Below the pieces are notes generated by a model. It made no database searches, was not told the origin of the DNA, and worked only from the letters and a program-made list of their open reading frames with translations. A program made the translations under genes and the position numbers. DNA of 64,000 bases, taken from contig DHQB01000009.1 of NCBI GenBank assembly GCA_002410065.1, forward strand, positions 229,195-293,194, given 5' to 3'. The stretch's first letter is position 1, and every line of letters begins with the position of its first letter. Shown piece by piece: positions 38,619 through 47,161 of the stretch. Origin of the DNA: Bacteroidales bacterium UBA5349 (lineage in GTDB: Bacteria > Bacteroidota > Bacteroidia > Bacteroidales > Tenuifilaceae).

Positions 38619-38993
38619 GCAGCAGATCGTTCTACCGCCCATTAAATGGGAGGAAAGTCCGGGCACTACAGAGCGCCAAACTTCCTAACAGGAAGGTATT
38701 CGCAAGGATACAGTAGCGTAACAGAAAATAACCGCCTTAGGAAGACTTAAGGTAAGGGTGAAAAGGAGGGGTAAGAGCCCACCGGTCATTCTGGAGACAG
38801 ATTGAGCCGTACGCCTTTTGGGGTGCAAGACCATGTACATCGTAATTACCTTTGGTTACGGGACTGCTCGTCCCGATTTTGCCTGGCAAAAGTTACGAGG
38901 GGTAGGTCGCATGAGCTATCTGGCAACAGATAGCCTAGATAAATGGTAGAAGCCATTTTTTATGGTACAGAACCCGGCTTATAGATCTGCTGC
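38619..38993 (+). ncRNA. rnpB: RNase P RNA, bacterial type A
   Basis: Universally conserved blocks GGGAGGAAAGUCCGGGC near the 5' end and ACAGAACCCGGCUUA near the 3' end. The P1 stem is GCAGCAGAUC (38619-38628) paired with GAUCUGCUGC (38984-38993), followed by a T-run. Confidence 0.93.
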
Positions 38994-40036
38994 TTTTTTT
39001 CCTCCCTTATTATTCGTTTCTAAGTCTTGCGTTACCGGTAATTCACATATGTGAACCGACACAAGTGTAAAAAGTGATTATCTTTGACACATCAATCATA
39101 TATTAAATAAACGCATATAATACTGTATGTCAGATATTTATGAAATATATGTAAACTTATGGTTTAGTCTTATATGGATTATTGCTGCTTTAAGCCCTTT
39201 TAAAGTTACGGTATAGTAATTAAATCATCTGAATACCATGTAAATACAGAGTTTGTCTAATCTTAATATTTAATATATAACAGTTCAGGCATTCATTCAT
39301 AGTGAGTTAGTTAAACATCTAAGATATAGCTAATCAGGCTAGTTTTAGGATAATAAGTACGTAGCCTATATAATTTGTTGGGTCATAAGCTATTTACAGG
39401 ATTACAAAGTAACTTAATCAGCCCTATTTTTATTGAATCAATTAACCAAAACCATAATTAACTTCTTAGCTTATTGTAACAAATCAGCACCTTTAGTGTT
39501 GTTACATATGTAAACATATTTAATTTAAGCTAATCTATCATTCGGATTTGTATTTAAATAGACTTTAAAATTCGCTTTCAGGCTCCTGAAAAAGCGATTA
39601 TATATTTCACAATTCAGGATGCAGAAAACGCTTGTCATAAAGTATAGGCATATCTTACGTTTAATGACTTAAAATGAGCCTATTTATAGCTTAAAGTTGG
39701 GTTTATATAGTTAGGTATCGTAGAATGTGAGATGATTGCCTAGAGGTACATTAAATAATATCACATAGTTTAGTCAGCCAGAAATAACCCTCGTATTTAG
39801 TTGTTTTTTAACGTATAGGAATTAAAAGTGTGCTTTAATATTGCATTTTAATTGTGTTAATTAATAGTTACTTAAGGGCGATTCAAATAATAAAGCATAA
39901 CGCCAGTTCTACTCCTAAGAAAATATCGCCAGAACTTCACAATCAGCAACAAAGCAAAAGGGATTTAAGTATTGAATCAAGCCTTATATACCACTATTCT
40001 CTATCAAAATGCAGAATATTCTTGACCCTACATTCC

Positions 40037-40074
40037 GATACATATGTAAACACAATAAAGATACATATGTAAAC
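40037..40074 (+). promoter_or_regulatory. Two perfect 15-nt direct repeats GATACATATGTAAAC (candidate operator pair) upstream of the XRE-type gene
   Basis: Copies at 40037-40051 and 40060-40074 are spaced 23 nt start to start. TAnnTTTG-like -7 boxes follow at 40085-40092 and 40107-40114, and the ATG is at 40130. Confidence 0.45.
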
Positions 40075-40129
40075 GAATGGGTGTTACTTTTGTGAATATT
40101 AATATCTACATTTGTGAAAACTATTTATA

Positions 40130-40561
40130 ATGAAGGATAAAGTACAAAGAATATTAGTTAAGGAAGGTTTGCAGCCTGCAAAGTTTGCTGAAATGATAGG
40201 TGTTCAGCGTAGTTCAATCTCTCATATCCTTTCTGGTAGGAATAAGCCATCATTCGACATGATACAGGGTATCCTGAAAAGTTTCCCCAAGATTAGCGCT
40301 GATTGGCTCCTATTAGGCAAAGGCGATATGTATCGACAACCCATTCAAGGTTCACTCTTTACAGCCATTGACAAGCAGGAAGATACTGATAAAGGCCTGC
40401 CGTTACCCTCTGAAAGTCAAAACCCTATATCACCTACCGAAGTTCTGCAAAATGCTAAAGCCCCTGAGAATCGCATAAACGAAAGCGAGATTGAACGCGT
40501 GGTCGTATTCTTCAAAAATAGAACCTTTACAGCATACAATCCTAACGGAGAAATTTTATAG
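40130..40561 (+). CDS. XRE/Cro-type helix-turn-helix transcriptional regulator
   Basis: The N-terminal HTH reads LQPAKFAEMIGVQRSSISHILSGRNKPSFDMIQGIL. The remainder is low-complexity, followed by a short beta-like C-terminus. Confidence 0.75.
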   Translation: MKDKVQRILVKEGLQPAKFAEMIGVQRSSISHILSGRNKPSFDMIQGILKSFPKISADWLLLGKGDMYRQPIQGSLFTAIDKQEDTDKGLPLPSESQNPISPTEVLQNAKAPENRINESEIERVVVFFKNRTFTAYNPNGEIL

Positions 40562-40609
40562 ATTCATTTGCTCTCTACATATCAATAGTGTAGTTTTGCA
40601 AAAAAAACA

Positions 40610-41644
40610 ATGTATAAAGGTATTATTCGCCCTTTTCTGTTCCTGCTTAAGCCTGAGGCAGTTCATAGTCTAGTTGTAAAATCGATAAAAATCTTCTTTT
40701 TCATACCTTTTGTAAAACCTATAGTAAGAAGTGTGTTTGGTTGCAAAAATCCCTCTAAGCTGAAAAGAAATGTATTTGGTCTTGAGTTTATTAATCCCAT
40801 TGGTTTAGCGGCTGGTTTCGATAAAAACGCAGATTTATTTCAGCATTTTGATGCATTCGGATTCTCTTTTATTGAAGTGGGAACTATTACGCCTAAGGCT
40901 CAACCTGGTAACCCAAAACCAAGGTCGTTTAGGTTAAAAAAGGATAAAGCATTAATAAACCGTATGGGTTTTAACAATAAGGGAGTGGATAATGCTGTAA
41001 ACAATCTGAAAGGAAGAAAAAATCCTAGAATAATCATTGGGGGTAACATCGGAAAGAATACACTAACACCCAATGATAAAGCCCATGAAGACTACCTTTA
41101 TTGCTTTAAAGAACTTTACGACCATGTTGACTATTTTGTTGTAAACGTAAGCTGTCCGAATATTAAAGATTTAAAACAACTTCAGGATTCTGATAATTTA
41201 AGTGGCATTCTTTCGGAAGTAACGCTTTATCGCTCATCGCAAAAGCAATATAAACCAATTCTACTAAAGGTTTCACCTGATTTAACTACCGAGCAACTCG
41301 ACTCAAATATTGAAACAGCCCAGCAATTTAATCTCGATGGTTTTGTGGCAACAAACACAACCACATCAAGAGAAAACCTTTCAACAGACAAGTTAACTGT
41401 TGAGACGATAGCAAATGGTGGATTAAGCGGCGAGCCTTTAAAGAATAGATCAACTGAGGTTATTCGTTACATCCATAGCAAAACAAAGGGATCAATGCCA
41501 ATCATTGGTGTTGGAGGGATTAGTAGCGTGGAAGATGCCCTCGAAAAACTAGATGCTGGAGCATCACTAATACAACTATATACAGGTTTTATTTATGAGG
41601 GACCTGGAATTATAAAGAAAATTTGCAAAGCATTTGATAAATAG
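40610..41644 (+). CDS. pyrD: Dihydroorotate dehydrogenase (quinone), class 2
   Basis: NPIGLAAGFDKN, IEVGTITP, NRMGFNN, NVSCPN, ATNTT, GGLSG, GVGGI. Confidence 0.92.
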   Translation: MYKGIIRPFLFLLKPEAVHSLVVKSIKIFFFIPFVKPIVRSVFGCKNPSKLKRNVFGLEFINPIGLAAGFDKNADLFQHFDAFGFSFIEVGTITPKAQPGNPKPRSFRLKKDKALINRMGFNNKGVDNAVNNLKGRKNPRIIIGGNIGKNTLTPNDKAHEDYLYCFKELYDHVDYFVVNVSCPNIKDLKQLQDSDNLSGILSEVTLYRSSQKQYKPILLKVSPDLTTEQLDSNIETAQQFNLDGFVATNTTTSRENLSTDKLTVETIANGGLSGEPLKNRSTEVIRYIHSKTKGSMPIIGVGGISSVEDALEKLDAGASLIQLYTGFIYEGPGIIKKICKAFDK

Positions 41645-41658
41645 TATCCTATAATATA

Positions 41659-42288
41659 ATGACGATGGATGTAATTGTTGACTGCAGAGGTATGCTTTGC
41701 CCGCTACCGTTGATTGAGACTAAAAAGGTCATAAAATCGACAAAAAAAGGGGGTACAATCAAAGTTATTATTGACAATGATATATCACTGAGTAACCTTA
41801 AAAGATATCTAGCTGATAATGGCATTGTTGCTAATTATAGTATCGAAGAAGGGAATCATATCTTGATATTTACCGTTCAGGGCTCACAGCAACCTATGCT
41901 CAAGCCAGATGACTACTGTACAAATGAACCTATAACAGATAATAAACCTATTAAGGATTATATTGTTGTTCTCAAAAGCAATACCATGGGAGCAGGCGAT
42001 GATACTTTGGGTGAGATGTTAATGAAAGGATTTTTATTCACTATTAGCGAGCTTAATTCACTGCCTAAAGAGGTAATATGCTATAATTCTGGGGTTAAAC
42101 TCGCTATTGAGGGAACAGCAACAGTTCGCAATCTTGAAAAGTTAAGCGGATTAGGAGTCAAAATAACCCTATGTGGTACCTGTGTTGATTTTTTTAATTT
42201 AAAGGATTCTATTAAAATTGGCGAAATATCCAACATGTACTATATCGCAGAGAGGATTTTGAATGCTAATTATGTGATTGAGCCATAG
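41659..42288 (+). CDS. yedF: YedF-type selenium-metabolism protein (TusA-like N-domain + DsrE-like C-domain)
   Basis: A TusA/SirA CPxP motif (DCRGMLCPLPLIETKK) at the N-terminus and ~120 further residues. It lies directly next to selD and a class-V PLP enzyme. Confidence 0.75.
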   Translation: MTMDVIVDCRGMLCPLPLIETKKVIKSTKKGGTIKVIIDNDISLSNLKRYLADNGIVANYSIEEGNHILIFTVQGSQQPMLKPDDYCTNEPITDNKPIKDYIVVLKSNTMGAGDDTLGEMLMKGFLFTISELNSLPKEVICYNSGVKLAIEGTATVRNLEKLSGLGVKITLCGTCVDFFNLKDSIKIGEISNMYYIAERILNANYVIEP

Positions 42289-42294
42289 ACTATA

Positions 42295-43410
42295 ATGAGT
42301 ATCCAATTAAATAAATACTTTGATAACGCTTGCACCAGTTTTCCAAAACCCAACGAGGTTGCAGAATACATGGTAAATCACCTTAAAGAGGGAGGATCAT
42401 ACGGTAGAGCAGCCTATAGCAGAATCATCAATTCTACACGTATAGTTGAAGAAACAAGGGATGTAATTGGTCAACTTATTGGAGTAAAAGAAGTTTCGAA
42501 TATTGCATTTGACTATAATGCTACAAGTGCAATCAACAAAATTATAAACGGATTTAGTTTTAAGCATAAAAAAGTACTGGTATCGCCATTAGAGCACAAT
42601 GCAATAATGCGACCATTAAGCGCTTTGGGTATTGATATACAGATACTCCCTCATGAGAGTGATGGATTTATTCGTGTTGATGATATACAGCCTAGTCTTT
42701 TAAGGAATGTAGACATGGTTATTGTAAATCACGTAAGCAATGTTAATGGCGTAATTCAACCAGTCGCTAAGATTAAAGAGGCTATTAAAGATATACCGAT
42801 ACTAGTAGATGCAAGCCAATCGATTGGTAAGGTAAACTTTTTAGCCAACGATTGGAATATAGATTATGCCGTATTCACTGGTCATAAAGGCCTACTAGGG
42901 CCAACAGGCACAGGCGGGTTTTATGTAAAGGAACCCAGTTCGTTGAATTACACTATAAGCGGAGGAACGGGTTCAAATTCGGATAGTTTTCAGATGCCCA
43001 CATTTATGCCCGATAAATTTCAGGCTGGAACCCCAAATATAACAGGCATATACGGGTTATTGGCAGCAATAAAGTATAAACCAGCCAATGGATGGGACAG
43101 GGAAGTATTTTTGGCGATTATCAAAGATCTTTTTAGTAACCCGAACATTGAGGTACAATGCGCCACCAATTCTGAAAACCAATCCGACGTATTCTCTGCA
43201 TATCCTAAAAATGGGGATGTTTCGGGGTTTGCTCACAACCTTTTTACAAAACATGGCATTGAGGTGAGGAGTGGACTACACTGTAGTCCGCTTGCACACA
43301 AAACACTTGGCACGTTTCCAAAGGGAAGCGTCAGGTTTTCACTTTCGTCCTATCATTCTAACAATGATATTAAGTATCTGCATGAAAGTATTTTAAATAC
43401 AATAGAGTAG
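42295..43410 (+). CDS. Class-V aminotransferase-fold PLP enzyme (cysteine desulfurase / selenocysteine lyase-like)
   Basis: PLP-lysine context FTGHKGLLGPTGTGG and active-site cysteine context RSGLHCSPLAH. It lies inside the Se cluster. Confidence 0.8.
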   Translation: MSIQLNKYFDNACTSFPKPNEVAEYMVNHLKEGGSYGRAAYSRIINSTRIVEETRDVIGQLIGVKEVSNIAFDYNATSAINKIINGFSFKHKKVLVSPLEHNAIMRPLSALGIDIQILPHESDGFIRVDDIQPSLLRNVDMVIVNHVSNVNGVIQPVAKIKEAIKDIPILVDASQSIGKVNFLANDWNIDYAVFTGHKGLLGPTGTGGFYVKEPSSLNYTISGGTGSNSDSFQMPTFMPDKFQAGTPNITGIYGLLAAIKYKPANGWDREVFLAIIKDLFSNPNIEVQCATNSENQSDVFSAYPKNGDVSGFAHNLFTKHGIEVRSGLHCSPLAHKTLGTFPKGSVRFSLSSYHSNNDIKYLHESILNTIE

Positions 43411-43421
43411 GGGTCTTTTTG

Positions 43422-43637
43422 ATGAAAATACTACTATTTTTTCAGAATACACATGCTGTTATCAAGGCTGAAAAAGCAATTAACAGCAAAGGAATTGAGT
43501 ATCAAATTATGCCTGTTCCCACAAATATTAGCGCTGAATGTGGAATGTGTATAGAGATTAATAGTGCTGATTATCCAATTGCTCAAGAGTGCCTTGAGCA
43601 AGAGGCAATAACTTTTCAGCAGATTTTATTAAAATAG
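43422..43637 (+). CDS. DUF3343-type small protein (putative S/Se carrier)
   Basis: About 71 aa with the AECGMC cysteine pair, located between the PLP enzyme and selD. The family name is from memory. Confidence 0.6.
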   Translation: MKILLFFQNTHAVIKAEKAINSKGIEYQIMPVPTNISAECGMCIEINSADYPIAQECLEQEAITFQQILLK

Positions 43638-43644
43638 TTTAACC

Positions 43645-44685
43645 ATGGAATTCGACCTTCTTTCAACTGTAGAATACGGAGGATGTTCAGCAAAAATTCC
43701 TGCTGCACTTCTCGAAAAGGCATTACTATCAATACCTAGGGTAAAAGACAGCAACTTACTTGTTGACATTGACACCCATGATGATGCTGGAGTTTATAAA
43801 ATTTCTGACGACACTGCACTCATCTTTACCACAGATTTTTTTCCACCAATATGCTCTGATCCATACGACTTTGGACAAATTGCTGCAAGTAATTCTTTAA
43901 GTGATGTTTACGCAATGGGAGGGAAGCCTTTTCTAGCGCTAAATATAGCCATGTTTTCAGCGTCAAAAATACCCTTAAGTGTCTATAGTCGAATACTTGA
44001 AGGGGCTGCTAATATGGCTACTCAAGCAAAAACACTCATTATTGGAGGGCACACTATAGACGATTATCCACCTAAGTTTGGATTAGCTGTAATCGGAAGA
44101 GTGCATCCCGATAAGGTTATCACCAATGCTGGACTTAAACCAGGACAAGTATTAGTGCTTACAAAACCTTTAGGGATGGGGATTATCGCTGCGGGGAAAA
44201 GGCTTAAGATGGTAAAAGAACCAACCTACACCGAAGCGCTAAAATGGATGAAAACACTTAATAATCAAGTGGATATATTACAAAGATTTGGTGTTACTGG
44301 TGCAACAGATATAACGGGTTTTGGCTTATTGGGTCATGCCCTTAAAATGGCCAAAGCCAGTAAAGTGAGCATAACCATAAACTCAAAAAATGTTCCCTCG
44401 TTACCAGAGGCACTTAGTTTAATTGATAGTGGTTGCATTCCTGGTGCTGCTTTTAGAAATGTTGAATATGCCGAGGCAGATACAGCTATTAATTCATGCG
44501 ATTTCGATCATAAAATGCTTTTAGCCGATGCACAAACATCTGGCGGGCTGCTAATTGGTGTAGACGAGGATAAGGCTAAGGATTTAGTTGTTCAATTAAA
44601 GCAGGTAGGGCTTAATTACACAAGCATTATTGGTAAGGTTGGTAATAATGCCCACAATATCAGTAAACTTGTTGTACTTGACTAA
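43645..44685 (+). CDS. selD: Selenide, water dikinase (Cys-type)
   Basis: N-terminal GGCSAKI aligns with E. coli GCGCKI, so Cys17 and Lys20 equivalents are present. Also HDDAGVY, TTDFF, GGHTIDD, TDITGFGLLGH, DAQTSGGLL. Confidence 0.92.
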   Translation: MEFDLLSTVEYGGCSAKIPAALLEKALLSIPRVKDSNLLVDIDTHDDAGVYKISDDTALIFTTDFFPPICSDPYDFGQIAASNSLSDVYAMGGKPFLALNIAMFSASKIPLSVYSRILEGAANMATQAKTLIIGGHTIDDYPPKFGLAVIGRVHPDKVITNAGLKPGQVLVLTKPLGMGIIAAGKRLKMVKEPTYTEALKWMKTLNNQVDILQRFGVTGATDITGFGLLGHALKMAKASKVSITINSKNVPSLPEALSLIDSGCIPGAAFRNVEYAEADTAINSCDFDHKMLLADAQTSGGLLIGVDEDKAKDLVVQLKQVGLNYTSIIGKVGNNAHNISKLVVLD

Positions 44686-44697
44686 AATATTGGAACC

Positions 44698-45138
44698 TTG
44701 AAGCTGATTGAGGGTAAATATTATCAATTTAAAGTGCTCAAAACAGTCAATTTACCTGATGAGGGTGATTTTTATATGCTCAGACATCAATCTGGTAGAA
44801 GATTGTTATTGCCAGTAGAACCCTACAAGAACTATTGTATTGATGAGGACGATACTATTGAATGTAAAGTAGATAAGATTAACTGTACAGGGAAAGTATT
44901 TCTTGAACCGAAACATCCAGTGTACCTCGAGGGTAAAATTTACGACTTTATTGTAAAGAGCACTAGTATAAATGATGATGAGCTAAGTCAAACTATAAGT
45001 GTTCATGATGTTTTCTTTAATGAGATAAACATCGATTGGCCTAAAAACACTCAAAAACCTAAAGTAGCAGAAAGCATTAAATTGTGCGTTGAACAGGTTA
45101 AGAAGGGCATTCCAATACTTAGTATTCCGGTTAGGTAG
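44698..45138 (+). CDS. Hypothetical protein with an internal duplication (two ~70-aa beta-rich, S1/OB-like halves)
   Basis: GKYYQFKVLKT and GKIYDFIVKST begin two similar halves. It starts at a TTG 12 nt after the selD stop, and a terminator follows at 45181. Confidence 0.5.
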   Translation: MKLIEGKYYQFKVLKTVNLPDEGDFYMLRHQSGRRLLLPVEPYKNYCIDEDDTIECKVDKINCTGKVFLEPKHPVYLEGKIYDFIVKSTSINDDELSQTISVHDVFFNEINIDWPKNTQKPKVAESIKLCVEQVKKGIPILSIPVR

Positions 45139-45180
45139 GAACAATTGTAGAATAACAACTCTATTAATATCTAAAGCAAA

Positions 45181-45212
45181 ACCCAGCAAAAGTGCTGGGT
45201 AATTGTTTTTTT
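45181..45212 (+). terminator. Rho-independent terminator ending the selenium cluster
   Basis: ACCCAGCA-aaag-TGCTGGGT followed by a T-rich tract (aattgttttttt). Confidence 0.8.
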
Positions 45213-45252
45213 AAGGTAATCCAAACTCGATCTTGTTGAAGACCTCTAAAAT

Positions 45253-45588
45253 CTAGTCATCATCAAAACTGTCATCTTCAAAACTGCTATCCTGTTCATC
45301 CTCAATATCGTCTGGGAAAGAATCGGAATCAGTTCCTATGTTATCTGAATCGCTAAAAAAGCCTTTATCATCATCATCATCTTTAGGCTTGGTATCAATT
45401 TTAACGTTTACCTTAACTAAATAACTCGCTTCCTCTGTATCCAGGGTAAAAGCATGGAAAAACTCGTTGTTTGGCTTGGTTACCTTAACTACGTGATCAG
45501 AATATCCATTAGGAAATTTCTTTTTAATCAACAGAAGTAACTCTGGTGATAAGTTCTTGTAGTTGATTACCAACTTCTTCTTGTTCAT
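45253..45588 (-). CDS. Small protein with a basic N-terminal domain and an extremely acidic D/E/S tail
   Basis: A 111-aa ORF. The last ~45 residues are almost only D, E, S and F (KPKDDDDDKGFFSDSD...EDDSFDDD). Confidence 0.6.
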   Translation of the reverse strand: MNKKKLVINYKNLSPELLLLIKKKFPNGYSDHVVKVTKPNNEFFHAFTLDTEEASYLVKVNVKIDTKPKDDDDDKGFFSDSDNIGTDSDSFPDDIEDEQDSSFEDDSFDDD

Positions 45589-45782
45589 AAAATAGAATTG
45601 TTTATACTTTGCAATAATACATAATTATCTATAACAAAAATAAGTATTAGTAATTATAGTGCCTATTTTTTCTATCTTTTATTCTAGTAAATATTAACTG
45701 TTTTTGATGCTGTAAAAAGAATTAAATTTCCAGATAAATAAAGTCATATAATGCATATTATGTTAAATATAAAACATAAAGA

Positions 45783-45808
45783 ATAAGGAGCGTTAAATTG
45801 CTCCTTAT
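45783..45808 (-). terminator. Hairpin terminator downstream of the gyrA-TPR gene pair
   Basis: ATAAGGAGC / GCTCCTTAT with an 8-nt loop, just past the stop at 45818. A T-rich tail follows on the minus strand. Confidence 0.55.
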
Positions 45809-45817
45809 TTTAAATAA

Positions 45818-47128
45818 CTATTGCTTAAGTTCTTTCCATTTCAAATCAATCTCCTCATACTTTTTCATGGTCTCTTCACTTTCAGTTCTATATCTAAAGT
45901 ATAAATTTCTGAGAGATTCAAGGGTTTGCATATTTGTAGGCTCGATTTCAAGCGCTCTCTCCATGTAAGGAATACTATGCTTAAATTCAACATTAGATTT
46001 TCCAATAAGAACATCGTATTTCTCCACCTCCCTCGCAGGCACTTTATTAGCTTCCTCTAAAAATTCTACACCCTTGTTGAAATATAGAGCTGCAAGATTA
46101 TAAAAAGCGTCGAAAAAATCGGGTTTTAATTCAATGGCTTTGTTGTAAGCGGCTATTGCATTCTCAAAATTGCCAAGTTTATCGTATAAAGTACCCTTTG
46201 CAAAATGAAGCGAATAGTTATCATCTGTTTTAATGGCTTCATTAATGTACTCAAGAACCACTTCTGGGTTCTCTCCTTTTTCAAGATAATAATTAATTAA
46301 ACCGTAGAGTATGTTCTGGTTTTTAGGGAACTGAACAAATCCTTTTTCTAGGAATGATAAACCATCCTCTGCTTTATCCATTGCTTTATATGCATCGTAT
46401 GCATTGTAATACACATTACCATCCAAATATGAATTATAGTCAATGGCTTTTTTGTAAAGAGTTATAGCCTGCTCATAATCCTTATTTAATTGTGCAGAAA
46501 GGCCTGCATAGTATATCATAACAGTATCAACATAACTAACCAAAGGCATTTCACCAATCTCGATGGCCTTAACAAAATACTCGTGAGATTTTGCGTAATC
46601 TTTTTTAGCATAAACATTGGAGCCTTCAGTTATGAAATGGTATTTAAGTTTTTCTAAAAGTGTTTTAAGATCCTTTTTCGACTTATTCTTGCTGTCCAGC
46701 TCAACAACTTTCTTGAAGTTTTGATAAGCTTCATTCAATGTTTCCTCATATAACGGTTTAGTAAAAGTCCAATAAACTAGCATATTATCTATAAAAAAGA
46801 AATCAGTTCTCTCCATTACGAACCTATCAACACTTACTCCTTCTATTTCTTCTTCATCTTTTGCTTTAGGTGCACCTACAATAATTTCAAATTCTTTTGC
46901 AGTCATCCCGTTAGTTGCACTTAAGGTCATTGCATCATACACATCCAACATAAGTTCACCGCGTTTAAGCCATGTCTTATATTTGGCAGATTTCTTTTCG
47001 TTCTTAATTTCTAAGTTGCTTTTAGCAATTTTTTTCTCCAGAGAATTATAGTTAACCTGGTTTGCCATTTGAGCAGATACTGCTCCCATAAGAGCGGTAG
47101 ACAGCAAGATTAAAATTATTCTTTTCAT
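45818..47128 (-). CDS. Secreted TPR-repeat protein
   Basis: A signal peptide (MKRIILILLSTALMGAVSAQ) and multiple TPR-like repeats (AIxxYxKAIELxP). It lies 33 nt downstream of gyrA. Confidence 0.7.
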   Translation of the reverse strand: MKRIILILLSTALMGAVSAQMANQVNYNSLEKKIAKSNLEIKNEKKSAKYKTWLKRGELMLDVYDAMTLSATNGMTAKEFEIIVGAPKAKDEEEIEGVSVDRFVMERTDFFFIDNMLVYWTFTKPLYEETLNEAYQNFKKVVELDSKNKSKKDLKTLLEKLKYHFITEGSNVYAKKDYAKSHEYFVKAIEIGEMPLVSYVDTVMIYYAGLSAQLNKDYEQAITLYKKAIDYNSYLDGNVYYNAYDAYKAMDKAEDGLSFLEKGFVQFPKNQNILYGLINYYLEKGENPEVVLEYINEAIKTDDNYSLHFAKGTLYDKLGNFENAIAAYNKAIELKPDFFDAFYNLAALYFNKGVEFLEEANKVPAREVEKYDVLIGKSNVEFKHSIPYMERALEIEPTNMQTLESLRNLYFRYRTESEETMKKYEEIDLKWKELKQ

Positions 47129-47161
47129 AATTGTTTTTTTAAGTTTATTCAGTGGTTTTCT

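Noticed and set aside
39854-40072. 72-aa ORF in the long non-coding gap
   Set aside because: It has a GTG start, low-complexity sequence and no promoter or start context. It runs through the GATACATATGTAAAC repeats, which look regulatory. It was kept only as a remote possibility.
38994-40129. Replication origin (AT-rich, gyrA within 10 kb)
   Set aside because: There is no cluster of TTATCCACA-type DnaA boxes, only weak single matches such as TGTGAATAT. No dnaA or dnaN is nearby, and the repeated motif is unrelated to DnaA boxes.
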